A DNA stretch of 63,733 nucleotides, counting the filler, from Octopus bimaculoides (taxonomy: Eukaryota), in the NCBI RefSeq assembly GCF_001194135.2. It is 7 parts of 7 records of this genome, joined end to end, with 100 filler letters (N's around TTAATTAATTAA, not from the genome) between each part and the next. Parts side by side here need not be neighbours in the genome. Positions count along the whole stretch, not along the records: positions 38,026 to 46,535 come from NC_068983.1; positions 46,636 to 53,159 come from NC_068985.1; 5 more parts are not named here. One strand, written 5' to 3'. Below the pieces are notes generated by a model that made no database searches, was not told where the DNA came from, and saw nothing but the letters and a program-made list of their open reading frames with translations. Below are positions 39,165 to 51,860 of the stretch, piece by piece (the stretch's first letter is position 1; each line of letters begins with the position of its first letter). The translations under genes and the position numbers were made by a program.

Positions 39165-40300
39165 TAGGAGATCAAGGAGAAAGAGCTGAATGATTTCGTG
39201 AGAAAAGCTAGAGCAAAGAGTGCCCCAGGAGATGATGTCTTCTCGTATATAATTTACAAATATTGCAATCATGTGCAAAAGAAGCTCTTTGTCCTACTCC
39301 GACAGTTGTGGCGCGAAGAGATTCTAGTAAAGGATTAGTGTAAAGCAGAAGGTATATACCTGCCGAAGGAGGCCAATGTAGAGACTATAAATCAGTTTAG
39401 GCTGATACCCTTATTGAATGCGGAAGGCAAGATCTTCATAGGAATTCTCTCAGGAAGAACAGTGGCATACTTACAGAGTAATGGTTATATTGATGAATCT
39501 GTTCAAAAGGCCGGAATCACTGGGATCCCTGGATCCGTTGGGCATTGTTTTTGCTATTTGGAAATCGATCCAGGATACCAAACAGAACAAGAGAAGTCTG
39601 GACGTGGTATGGCTTGACCTAGCTAATGCATATGGCTCAGTGCCACACGAATTACTGATGAGAGCCATGGACTACTTCCACATTCCAGACAAAGTAGCAA
39701 GATTAATGAGGATATATTATGACAGTTTCGAGATGAGGTTTACGGCTGGAGATTTTGCAACGGATTGGCACCGATTGGAGATTGGCATTGCTGCTGGCTG
39801 CACAATATCGATCACATGGTCTGTCTTAGTCATGGTGATGATTTTGAAAGCAGTGGACTTTTCGCAACTAATCGCCTATGTAAAATCACCTACGAAGGCC
39901 TTCATGAATGACGGGACATTTCTATCAACAGACAAGCAAATCATGCAGAGTGCCCTCTTGAGGCTAGACGATCCTTTGAAGTAGCCAAAGATGCGATCCA
40001 GAGCGGAAAAAGTCGCGTAGTCTAACATTTATTAAGGGAGTGCAGAAAGAAGTTAAGTTTCAAATAGCTGAAGAAAGCATTCCAACAGTCAAGGAAGAAC
40101 CGGTCAAGGGCTTGGGGCGAGTATACGCTGGAACATTGTCAGATAGGAGTCGCGGGATACAAATTATGAAACAAGCCGAGACTGGATTAACAGCAATTGA
40201 CAATTCAGAGCTACCAGGTAAATATAAAATTTGGTGTTTACAGTTCGGCTTGTATCCGCGGCTTTCGTGGTCACTTTTAATATACGACGCAGATCACGAT
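39165..40300 (+). mobile_element. RLE-type non-LTR retrotransposon RT fragment, HERO-clade-like
   Basis: KARAKSAPG, INQFRLIPLLNAEGKIF, YIDESVQKAG, VVWLDLANAYGSVPH, LEIGIAAGCTIS, AFMND (cf. AFMDD), LPGKYKIWCLQFGLYPRL. Confidence 0.85.
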
Positions 40301-41922
40301 AAATTATAATGACAAGAGAAATGTCCATCCAATATCTCTTCTATTACATTCATATAGAGAGCAAAACTTATTGTCAGTTCAACCGAACGAAAACCTCATC
40401 AATTTCATGGTGCCGCTGCTTACAATTCAGAACTCTTCCATAAATCAGTAAACTATTGCACTTAGTAACAGCTTGACAGATATAGTTTTGTTAGAGTTTA
40501 ACAGCAGCCAAGAACACATAACATAATACATCATGATACTAATATAAGTGCTCGAACTGTGGAAATCTTGAATATTTTTTCGACACCGACCAACTAATTG
40601 TTATTCAATCAACTAACTCAGCTGCGGCCTTTTCTAGTCTTAAATGAAAACCAAAAGTACTTTATTGCCCTAATTAGCATTATTTCCCCTTCTAACACTT
40701 CCATTCGCTTCAAAACAAACCTCTTTGACTGCAGATCGATTTCCAATATTTATGTTTCAGCAATTATTTATAGTTTAGTGATAAATAGTGGAAAATGTTC
40801 AGACTGACCATTATTAATTCTATACGCATTCTTCCAGATTCATTTGATCGGAGGATTGTCTTTAATGATTCTATTTATTATTTTAAATGATTTTGATGTG
40901 TTGAATGTTTTAGACATTACAATATATTTGCTATCGAATTTTGTGAACTTTACCTCAGTTACACAGCTAGAAGATGTATTCATTCCACATTTTTCTTTCT
41001 CTTCGTTCTGCAAACTTTTCTTACTTGTTAATACAAATTAAAATTGATATCAATAGTTGTCGAGATTCTGTTTCGAATGTTATTAAGCATCCAGCTATAC
41101 GTATATTTTCACTTTAACTTGCATATGTGTAAATACATACATACATTTTCACTTTAACTTGTATATGTGTGAATACATGTATATATGTGGCGTGGTGAGA
41201 GTACCTACGTGAATGTATGTACATGCAGGCGGAGGCACGTTTCCTAGAATGTGTCTGTGTGCGTTCATGGTTCGTTTTTACGTGTCGAGAAGTGAGTCGT
41301 AGTCGTCATCGTCGTCGTCGTCGTCGTTGTCGTCGTCGTCGTAATATTAGTAGTAGTAGTAGTAGTAGTTGCTGTTGTTATTGATGGAAAAGAGTAGCAA
41401 GTTGAAATAAGAAATATTACCGAGATATCAATTATAGATAGACTTATATATAAGTATTTAGACAGCTGGCTGATTTGATCGACATGGATGGACAGATAGT
41501 AACATATTCACATCAATGAAACTCTCAAGTATCCTATCATTTTAGTTATAACGATAAATGCGATAAAAGAGCTTCAAATGTGAAATCCTATAGAAAGTTA
41601 ATCTCTACAGAGACGAAAGCAGGAAACTAAGTTGAGAGAACGACATCAAAAGACGCCTTTAAATTGAGTCCTCATTAATTGCAGAAAAACGTTCTTTTCG
41701 TCGTTTCGGCTTTCTTTGATGTTGTCTGGTCTTATTAGCTGAAATATCCATATCGTTTTCTTTGATTGATTATCTTATGAATGCCAAATGCGAGACACGT
41801 GATCTAAGAATCTGAAACCTAACTAAGCTTAGCCACTACATTGTTGGTTGGTTCTAATCATTACATCAGGTTTTCTGAATTTCGCCGGTGATTTACTTTT
41901 AAACCTCCTAATGGATGTGTGT

Positions 41923-42007
<85 letters not shown>

Positions 42008-42477
42008 TGGTTGTGTGTATACATACATACATGCAGCGTCAACAAGGCACGGTTTCCCGCTGCTGATGGACCTGTAAACAGAACACCTACACTATGTACG
42101 TGACATCTATAAGGTGGACATTATTAGAGCTGCTTTTAATTCAAAATTACATTTTGTTTAGCTTGCTCTATGCCATAGCAAATAGAACTTTACATTATTT
42201 GCATATATGTCGCAGACCAGCCATTCGGCTCGTTCCGTGATGAGTCGAGTGTGAACGGTGCTGCTGAGTGCTGAAAGATGTTGAAATTGCCTTGCCTGAT
42301 CTTAGATATTCGGTGTTTTAACACAAGGCATCAAAAGGGACGTTTTCCTGGACGCAAACCTGCAGCTAATGGGCGTATAAAGGAAGTATACTATGTGCGT
42401 GACAAGATAATATATTCATACAAACATACGTACATACATACATACACACACACACGCACATACATACATACATACAT

Positions 42478-42508
<31 letters not shown>

Positions 42509-42564
42509 TACATACATACATACATACATACATACATACATACATACATCCATACATACATATT

Positions 42565-43068
42565 TCTGGTTCACAAAGAAACAGAAATACCAAAGTTACA
42601 CATTGTTTCTTTGTGGATAACTTGAAACTTTATGCAAAGAATATGCATGAGATGAAAAAGAGCCATGACCTAGTCACAACATTCTCAAAAGATGTAGAGT
42701 TGAAGTTTGGTGAGGATAAATGTTGTTATATGGTTATGAAAAGGGGGAAAACTATAAACCAGACTAGTAACATCTCTGTCAGTGATTTGACTGTTTCCCC
42801 TGCATCTGAAGAGGAATGCTAAAAGTATCTAGGGGTGGATGAAGATTTATCTTACAGTGGCACAGAACATCAGGACTCTCTGCATTCAATAAAACAAAGG
42901 CCCAAAATGTGTTTGCAATGCCAGTACTCCTACCAACATTTAGGCTGTTTGATTGGACGCTTGATGAGATCCGAGCCATTAATGTAAAAACCCGAAAAAT
43001 ATTTACAAGCACACATAATTTCCACGTAAACAGTGATGTATATCACCTCTACCTAAAACGTAAACAGG
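42565..43068 (+). mobile_element. R4/Dong-like non-LTR retrotransposon RT fragment, internally deleted
   Basis: HCFFVDNLKLYAK, FSKDVELKFGEDKC, KYLGVDE, NVFAMPVL, WTLDEIRAINVKTRK, HVNSDVYHLYLKRK. Confidence 0.8.
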
Positions 43069-43446
43069 CCTCTCCTCCCCAAACATTTCGGGCCTTGAGT
43101 AGAAAATATTTTCTACCAATAAATAAAGACAGATATCATTCTACATTACAAAACATATCTACCTACAATATTTCGAAATATGCTACCAAGTTTCTCATTT
43201 GCAATGCAATTAACTTCACTTATTCTGTGGCATTCAGGGCCTATCATCCTAACGCAGTAAGAAATGTCGTAAATAAGCATATTCTCAGCAGCCACCAATA
43301 CTATTTGCCATGTGACCAAATCTACTGCTACTGTTTGCATAAATCAGACAAAACAATGCTGTCAAACATTTTGTTTATTTGATACATATAAAGCAGTCAA
43401 CTCTCTGATATTAATATTTTGTAGTTATTTAGCTCATTTAAGTAAA

Positions 43447-43640
43447 GGCACGTGACTTAGTGGTTAGGTGCCTTCGATTCATGATCGTAAAATTCTGGTT
43501 TCGATTCCCTGACCGGGCGGCGCGTTGACCTCTTGAGTAAAACACTTTATGTCTTACTCAGCTGGCAGAAATAAGTAATCCTGCGATGGACTGTCGTCCC
43601 GTCCAGGTGTAGAATATATATAATCCAAAGAAACTGAGAG
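43447..43640 (+). mobile_element. tRNA-derived SINE (third family) with V-domain-like core
   Basis: Head ttagtggtta...ggtttcgattccc; core cctgcgatggactgtcgtcccgtccagg. Confidence 0.6.
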
Positions 43641-44427
43641 ACCTACCCGGGGAAAATTTTAATCCTATCTACTTCTTTGCTTATTTAAATATATTAATAG
43701 TTTATTACAAACGATAGCAAGACGAATTAGATGACACCTAGTTTCTGAATTCAGTTCCATTAGTTCTGAATTTATCTTGTAGACTTCCCTTGACGTATTA
43801 TATATTAGTTAACAACAAAACTGGTACTAAGTAAAGATAAATAGCTATATTGATCATCTCAGTTAAACGCTAGCTCTGTAAGGCTGGCTTTTTGCCTAGT
43901 CCAAGTAAAATATTTTACGCTGAAGAAACTTGAGTGAAAACTAATGATAAATGTGGAATGACAATGTTCACTGAATCTCGGAAATTCTTTAGAACCCATC
44001 ACCTGTTAGGCCAAAGATAATTGCTACCTTTACTTAGTACCAGTTATTTAAACATCCAAGCTGTGCAGACGAACAATACGTGTCCTCCACCGCTTTTAAA
44101 CTTAACACTTGTTAATTGTGTCCAATCAATAACTCTGAACCAATATATCCTAATCGATATCATTTGCAGTCGATCAGTCCTTATTTTACAGGAAAAAATA
44201 TACCTGTCTTCACCGCTATGTACACATGTGTCTTTACATATGTATGCACAATGAATTAGAATGTCTATAAATAAAATATTGGCAGAGTAATTTTAGTGCC
44301 GGATAATATTTTTTGCGGCATTTGTTCTTGCTTTCTGGCTCGATGAGTTAAAATCCTGCCAATATCAAATTTACCTTTCATTCTTCTGGGTCGATGAATG
44401 AAACACCAGTCAAGTACTGATGCCGAA

Positions 44428-44509
<82 letters not shown>

Positions 44510-44758
44510 CCTCTCTCACTTTTTCTTTCTTTCTCTCTCTTTCTTTCTCTCTTTCTCTCTGTCTTTCTCTCCCTGTAACTCTATTTCCTTTCTCTCTATT
44601 TTTTCTCTTTCTCTCTCTCTTTCTCTCTTTTGGAATCAGTTACGCAGCGCTATGCGAATGGTCGTGGAAGAACATTCACAGCAACCGCTTTCATTAGACA
44701 AAAGTGGAATACTGGCTAATGGCGTCACCAGCGCCTGTTCTGGTACTGATATTCTATA

Positions 44759-44979
44759 CAGCAATCCCTCGCTATATCGCGGTTCACCTGTCGAGGTTTA
44801 TTATTTAAGCTTACGTCAATTCCTCCGTGGTGTTGTTTTGCATATATTGTAAAATAAATATATACATATTATAAAAATAGTAAACAAAAATATACAGCAC
44901 AGTACTGTTTCTACTTCACGGATTTTCACCTACGCGGGTGTTTTGGAACGTAACACCCGCGATAGTCGAGGTATTACTG
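44759..44979. mobile_element. Tigger/pogo-type MITE, 221 bp
   Basis: TIRs cagcaatccctcgctatatcgcgg / ccgcgatagtcgaggtattactg; TA on both flanks (44757-44758, 44980-44981). Confidence 0.88.
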
Positions 44980-45460
44980 TATATTACTAGCGGGGATATC
45001 GGTTGCTGCTATCTCCAAAATTGAGAGTCCATCACTTCTGTTACTTCTTTTCTCAATGCATGAAAAATATTTATGCTCATAATTGTGAATGGTCTATATT
45101 TTCACATTAACATGTATTCGTGGCTACTAAATGGTTTTGAGTAATTTTATCTGCTCTACTCAGAGTGCTAGCACCTGGTCCTCTCATTGTCTTTTCCAAG
45201 TAATGACAACATAATCAAAGATTAAAATTCCTTTATTCCACTCTATCCAACGAGAATTTCGTTATGATATTCGAAGATTTGAATTGTATATCTATTTCAT
45301 TTAAAATTCATTTTTCACTTTTCATCAATTTCCAAAAACTCGGCAAGACATTTCGAGTACCAATTTGTGGAGTTTCGGTCTCCAATAAATTGTATAACAC
45401 TACTTAGAGTATTGGGTACGTACTTTCCTCATCATCTTTACATCTTAATATTTACAATTG

Positions 45461-46325
45461 CAGGTTGCGGTGAATAAACTGTCGTCTAAATACTCAAAAA
45501 TGAAAATAAAAGTGACATCTCATTTTAACAGATTTGTTTACCAAAATTACATAAAAATATCTTGAAATACTAAAGAGTAAATTTATTTAAATAAAATCGC
45601 CATTGGCTTCAACCACAGCCTCCAGACGACATCGGAATCTCCTGCAACTCTTCTTGACAGTTTCCTTGTTTATGTTGGTAAATGCTGCGATAATCCTTGC
45701 CTTCAGTTCATCTTTGGTGTCAGAAGGAGTTTCGTTCGTCTCTCGATCAACTGCGCCGCACACATAATAATCAAGGGGGTTGGAGTCTGCGGAGTCAGGT
45801 GACCAGATGTTAAGGGTGATGTGGTTGAATAAATTGTCTAACAGCCATGACTGGGTTCTCCTGCTTGTGTGGCATAATTCAGAGTCCTGTTGTCAGACAT
45901 TGGGTCTTCCAGCAACCACCCTCTTGATGCAGGGCTGCACGACTTGGTATAGGCATCCGTGCTGAGTGTGAGGCTGTGTGGGAATATGAATGGAGGCATA
46001 ACGTCGCCATCACAAGTGATCACTCAAACACCATGATGTTGACTGGATGTTTGAGTTTTTATCATTCTCGGTACACGTCCTCAGATCCCTTTATCCTCAG
46101 ATTGACATCCAAACACTCTGAAATGTTCGTATTGGAGCAATGCCAAGCAGTACAGCATATCGTTCCCAAATTTCTAGCAGCGTGAAGTGCGTCATGATAT
46201 TGTTTTTTTCACAGATGGTACCCGATGACCCTACCATACTGTGTCGACGACAAAATCAAAAGCAAACAATGCGCATGCGTGAAATTAGAAATATAAAATG
46301 GAGACCATTTACCCATCGCACCCTA
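45461..46325 (-). mobile_element. maT-family (DD37D) Tc1/mariner element, internally deleted
   Basis: QQDSELCHTSRRTQSWLLDNLFNHITLNIWSPDSADSNPLDYY (37 aa between D and D); ...LEAVVEANGDFI*; ATG at 46195; degenerate ~23-bp TIRs. Confidence 0.9.
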
Positions 46326-46500
46326 TATATATATACATGCGCTTATGGCTATATGTGTGTTTGCTCTGGTGTAGGTATGTAGACGTGTAGTCTTACATGT
46401 GTGAGATATGTTTCCTGATATCTTTCATTGCATGCATGTACGTGTATATATGTATATATATATATATATATATCTATATCTATATCTATATCTATATCTA

Positions 46501-46535
<35 letters not shown>

Positions 46536-46635
46536 NNNNNNNNNNNNNNNNNNNNNNNNNNNNNNNNNNNNNNNNNNNNTTAATTAATTAANNNNNNNNN
46601 NNNNNNNNNNNNNNNNNNNNNNNNNNNNNNNNNNN
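46536..46635. other. Artificial 100-bp join spacer
   Basis: N44-TTAATTAATTAA-N44. Confidence 0.97.
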
Positions 46636-46967
46636 CAACTGAGAGCAATAGTCTAGACGGCTCAGAACAAATGTCTTCCATAGAATCAACATGACTTTTT
46701 GATCCATTGTACGGAAAGTCCTCAGTATCCACCCCGCCAGTTGTCTGCACCTTGCTGTCAACTTGACAATGTGCATGTGAAATGATGCATCACAACACAT
46801 GTTGATGCCCAGATCTCTTACTGTTTGTGGTTCTGGGATTGCAGTACCTCCGGCCCTGTGTATGCCAGTTGGGAGGTACTCATGGTCTTGTAGCGCAGTA
46901 CTTGAAATTTTTTTGCATTGAACTGCATATTATTTTGCTCTGCCCACTCATATATTGCATTTAGGTC
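46636..46967 (-). mobile_element. CR1-like LINE RT fragment
   Basis: DLNAIYEWAEQNNMQFNAKKFQVLRY...GWILRTFRT...LWKTFVLSRLDYCSQL. Confidence 0.9.
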
Positions 46968-47073
46968 ATACACACATACATATGTATATGTATACATAAA
47001 GCCACACACATATATATGCACATAATATAGCATATCACATAAATTTATGCATGTATATATCTGCATCTGTATA

Positions 47074-47109
<36 letters not shown>

Positions 47110-47928
47110 TATATATATATATATATATATGTATATGTGTGTGCGTATGTGTGTGTGTGCATATATGTATGTATGTATGTACGTATGTATGTATAAAGCC
47201 CTTCAACTACGTAGAGCTTGATGCCAAAGAACTTATCGAAGTGGTAAGTGGTTGCCTTGCTTATAACTCTCTCTAGTTCACTCATTCCCATTTCTCATCG
47301 AATAATAAAACGCGTATTTGTTCAAACACACACGTATGCTTATTCGTTTCAGCCTGTAGGGATTTCAGCGAATGCATATACTTACATGTATATATATATA
47401 TATATNNNNNNNNNNNNNNNNNNNNNNNNNNNNNNNNNNNNNNNNNNNNNNNNNNNNNNNNNNNNNNNNNNNNNNNNNNNNNNNNNNNNNNNNNNNNNNN
47501 NNNNNNNNNNNNNNNNNNNNNNNNNNNNNNNNNNNNNNNNNNNNNNNNNNNNNNNNNNNNNNNNNNNNNNNNNNNNNNNNNNNNNNNNNNNNNNNNNNNN
47601 NNNNNNNNNNNNNNNNNNNNNNNNNNNNNNNNNNNNNNNNNNNNNNNNNNNNNNNNNNNNNNNNNNNNNNNNNNNNNNNNNNNNNNNNNNNNNNNNNNNN
47701 NNNNNNNNNNNNNNNNNNNNNNNNNNNNNNNNNNNNNNNNNNNNNNNNNNNNNNNNNNNNNNNNNNNNNNNNNNNNNNNNNNNNNNNNNNNNNNNNNNNN
47801 NNNNNNNNNNNNNNNNNNNNNNNNNNNNNNNNNNNNNNNNNNNNNNNNNNNNNNNNNNNNNNNNNNNNNNNNNNNNNNNNNNNNNNNNNNNNNNNNNNNN
47901 NNNNNNNNNNNNNNNNNNNNNNNNNNNN

Positions 47929-47961
<33 letters not shown>

Positions 47962-48394
47962 TAGTGTGTTGGTTGTGTCCGTTCTGCTCACGGTTGTATT
48001 TATGCTAAACAAAATCTGTTTGTGTATTGAGTATGTTGTTTGTCTGTTGATATACACCTTCGCTACATTTGTCTAAATATGTGAAGCTACGTTTCTGTGC
48101 AGATATACGCTGTTTGTTAATCCTGAGATGAAAACAGGTTAGTAGCCGCACGACAAAAGAAGAAATGCACAGTGAAAATCATGTGAAAACGTTTGCTTGA
48201 ATTTCGTCTTATCTTTTAAAAGTGAACACACAAAATGGAATTCTTTTACTTCCATCATATGTGACTTCCAGAATAACACCTACACATATAAACCTATTAG
48301 CACATTCACAAATATGTGTACTCTCACGCAAGCTTTGAATCTCCATTTTTATTTTTTAGCTTCAGCTCAGAGCTGTGGCCATGCTACATTGTTA

Positions 48395-48667
48395 TTATTG
48401 AGAGCCTCCTCTAATATGTGGCATTTGGTGTATAAGGGAGTTTGATGTCGCTACCCTCATTTGCAACACCTGACGCCAGGTTGGTTCATGTGGGAGTCTA
48501 GACAGGAAGAGGTCCAGTTTTGATTTGAAAACACCTACATCCAGTTTGTGTAGGTCCTTCAGGCTCTTTCTGAGAATATTAAAATGCTGTGATCCCCTGA
48601 AACCCAGGCTGTTGCAGTAACTGGTCCTGAAGCGCGATGGCATTGTTGGGATCTTTGGCTCTGTGGA

Positions 48668-48668
<1 letters not shown>
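48395..48668 (-). mobile_element. CR1-like LINE 3' end
   Basis: NSLGFRGSQHFNILRKSLKDL...VFKSKLDLFLSRLPHEP...ATSNSLIHQ. Confidence 0.85.
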
Positions 48669-48703
<35 letters not shown>

Positions 48704-48767
48704 TGATTGACCGCTAGTTACTAAAGTTTTCTTTTTGTTTTATTCTCTCTGTTTATTTTCTCGTGTT

Positions 48768-48805
48768 TCTTTCTGTTGAAGAGCGTAGGCTCGAAACGTA
48801 AAAGG
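48768..48805 (+). ncRNA. Minimal PLE-type hammerhead motif with A6U core substitution
   Basis: TCTTT-CTGTTGA-A-GAGC[gtag]GCTC-GAAAC-GT-A-AAAGG; stems I and II and the ACGT palindrome are intact. Confidence 0.55.
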
Positions 48806-48895
48806 CTTTCTCACCTTCCCGAGCGTTAAACTAATACACCTGTGTGTTGTTTACACACCTGTCTCTGTCTTTTGTTGTTTTGTAAATTTCAACTA

Positions 48896-48947
<52 letters not shown>

Positions 48948-48956
48948 CATCTATCC

Positions 48957-49010
<54 letters not shown>

Positions 49011-49604
49011 AAATATTGCTTACATAATGAATATTGACCGTTTATTTACGCAAATATTGATGACGTAACTATTTTTAATGGAATTAAATGGAATTAATAT
49101 AATATATCTAAATAATGTTCAGACTTGTTAAGAAACCTATGCTCAACTACTCGATATATAAATAGCTACCCTCTCCTTCACACTTTATCTCGACAGTTCC
49201 CTCCCCTATTCACTCGTTTTTCTCTCTATAATATCTATATCTTCTTAACTACCATACCACCATCAATTAGCTATTATGTATCATATTTGCACGAACACAA
49301 ATGTATTGAATATATTTATTTACATACGTATGGTAACAACGGTTCTTTCAAGAAAACACACACCCCTGAGTTTGTCGTAGGTTAATCTAAATGTCGAAAT
49401 GTAACTTCCGTTTGGAAATTCTTCCTGAAGAAATACCCAATTGACTGGCTTCAAGTATGGGAATTTGAATTAAAGTATTTTATTTCTGTGTTTGAACTGA
49501 TTGGGTGTGGAAACAGCTATAGGCAAGAATTTCTCTACATGAATTCGAATATCTTTGAATAAATAACGTCTGTACGTCAATTTTTCCACTTTCTTCCTTA
49601 TCTC

Positions 49605-49645
<41 letters not shown>

Positions 49646-49841
49646 TTTCTACTAGAGGCACAGGGCCTGAAATTTTGAGAGAGTAGTCTAAGTCGATTGC
49701 TTCGACCCCAATACTCAGCTAGTAACTATTTTATCGAAAGGATGAAAGGACCAACGCACACTTGGTCAACACACTTAAATAATTCGGTGAAATGCAGGTA
49801 TTGTACACTGGTGTAAACGATACTATGAACACTGTACTATG

Positions 49842-49905
49842 CAAGGTACTAGTCTACACAAGGTACCCCAGTCTACACAAGGTACCCCAGTCTGCACAAG
49901 GTACC
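49842..49905. repeat. 19-bp minisatellite (caaggtaccccagtct(a/g)ca), ~3.5 copies
   Basis: Directly visible. Confidence 0.9.
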
Positions 49906-50437
49906 ACTAAACTAGTTTGGCAGTCACGAGAATGTAAAATTCTTGTTCGTAAATTATTGCGGATTATAAGTGTTTTCGGACCATGCAAGTCGAGAAAGTC
50001 TGTGATGCAGTGATGTACCTGTAATAACAAATTCACCAACTTAGATCTTGAGTTGTTCTAAGAGATGAGAAGTTATTTAGACCTCGGCGAGATCTGAAAT
50101 GAAGACCTAAATATCAATAACCAAATTCCACTAGGCTTCTTTTCTTTTCGCCGAAAGTCTAACGATTCTTCTGACCAATTTGTAATGTCGTTACAATGTT
50201 ATTTGTAAGAATGCCACACGTTTCAGCGGAGGCTTTGAGTGGACGGAATCGGAATCGATACTTGGTACTTAGAAGGCTCAGGGAGAAATGACAAAATAAA
50301 TAAGACCTGTTAAGTTTTCAACTTTGGACATTTAAGATGCGTAACTATATGCATCTATTTCAACAAGGAGTAATTCCTGAAACTACATCGTCGAAGATAT
50401 TTTGAGATAAAACTTTCTAACATTAGTAAACAGAAAG

Positions 50438-50648
50438 GTGGTGAGCTGGCAGAAACGTTAACACGCCGGGCGAAGTGCTTAGCAGCATTTCGTCTGTCTT
50501 TATGTTCTGAGTTCAAATTCCGCCGAGATCGATTTTGCCTTTTATCCTTCCGGGGTCGATAAATCAAGTACCAGTTGTATACTGTGGATCGATCTAATCG
50601 ACTGGTCCCTCCTCTAAAATTTCGGGCCTTGTGCCTAATAGAAAATAA
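50438..50648 (+). mobile_element. Full-length SINE family A
   Basis: Complete head-to-tail match to sibling copies; CpGs largely retained. Confidence 0.9.
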
Positions 50649-51074
50649 TATTTGTATATGATCAAATGTATGGAAGCGTGGTGTTATATAAAGTCGTTGA
50701 CTCGAATTTAATGTTTGTTCTCTGATCAATGTTTTTTATTTTTTATCTGTGTCTCAGTTTCATTTGAGCACTTCTTTTTTGCAGTCTTATAAACTCTTTT
50801 GTCTCCATAAAAAGAGGCAAACATTATTTCTTGTCGTATATACATACATACATACATACATACATACATACATGCATGTATATATATATAGGATAAACTT
50901 ACGTGGAAATGGATGCGTGGCGTTCAATCACATAGTAATAAAAATAATATATATATGTATATATACATACATATATGTACATATATATATAAGTATATAC
51001 ATATATATGTCGTATATATGTATATATATATGTGTATGTGCGTGTGTATATGTTTGTATGTCTGTGTCTGTCCC

Positions 51075-51262
51075 CCCCCCCCACATCACTTGACAACCGA
51101 TGCTGGTGTGTTTAGGTCCCCGTAATCTAGCGGTTCGACAAAAGAAACCGATAGAATAAGTACTAGGCTTACAAAGAATAAGTGCTAGGGTCGATTTGCT
51201 CGACTAAAGGCGGTGCTCCAGCATGGCCGCAGTCAAATGGCTGAAACAAGTAAAAGAGTAAA
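51075..51262 (+). mobile_element. SINE family B 3' module
   Basis: Close match to other family B tails. Confidence 0.9.
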
Positions 51263-51489
51263 GGAGAGAGTATACAGGACGTCATAAAACGTAAGCAACA
51301 TGAAATACGAGCCTCCCCCCACACATCCCCGCCCCTCTCCCACACATCCTCGCAAGCTACTTACCACACCGCCACTCCTACGCCTACATTTTCTGTTTTT
51401 TTGTTTTGTTTTTTTTTCAGAAAATGAAGAGTAATGAGACGAATTAAGCGTGCGTTGAATATATATGTAACAGAAAACGATGGAGCATG

Positions 51490-51860
51490 TTTTACCTTGC
51501 TTCAGTCATTAGACTGCGGCCATACTGGGGCACCACCTCCATAAATCTTTAATTGGATAAATCGACCCAAGTACTCATCATTTTTTAAGCCTTGTACTTA
51601 TTCTATTGGTGTATTTTGCCGAACCGCTATGATACAGGGACATAAACGCACCAACACCGGTTGTCGAGCTGTTGTGGGGACAAACACAAACACACACACT
51701 CACACAAATATTATATAGAGATATATATTCGACAGGCTTCTTTCAGTTTCCGTCTACCAAAAAATCCACGTTCTGTAGCTATAGTAGACAATAGTTGCTC
51801 ACGGTGCCACCCAATGAGATTGAACCCAGAACCATCTGGTTGTGAAGCAAGCTTCTTACC
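51490..51860 (-). mobile_element. SINE family B, near full length, opposite orientation
   Basis: Reverse-complement tail, (CA) linker, then reverse-complement head. Confidence 0.85.

Noticed and set aside
41639-41726. 18-bp imperfect stem as a pre-miRNA
   Set aside because: The ~50-nt interior is poorly paired and does not resemble a Drosha/Dicer hairpin
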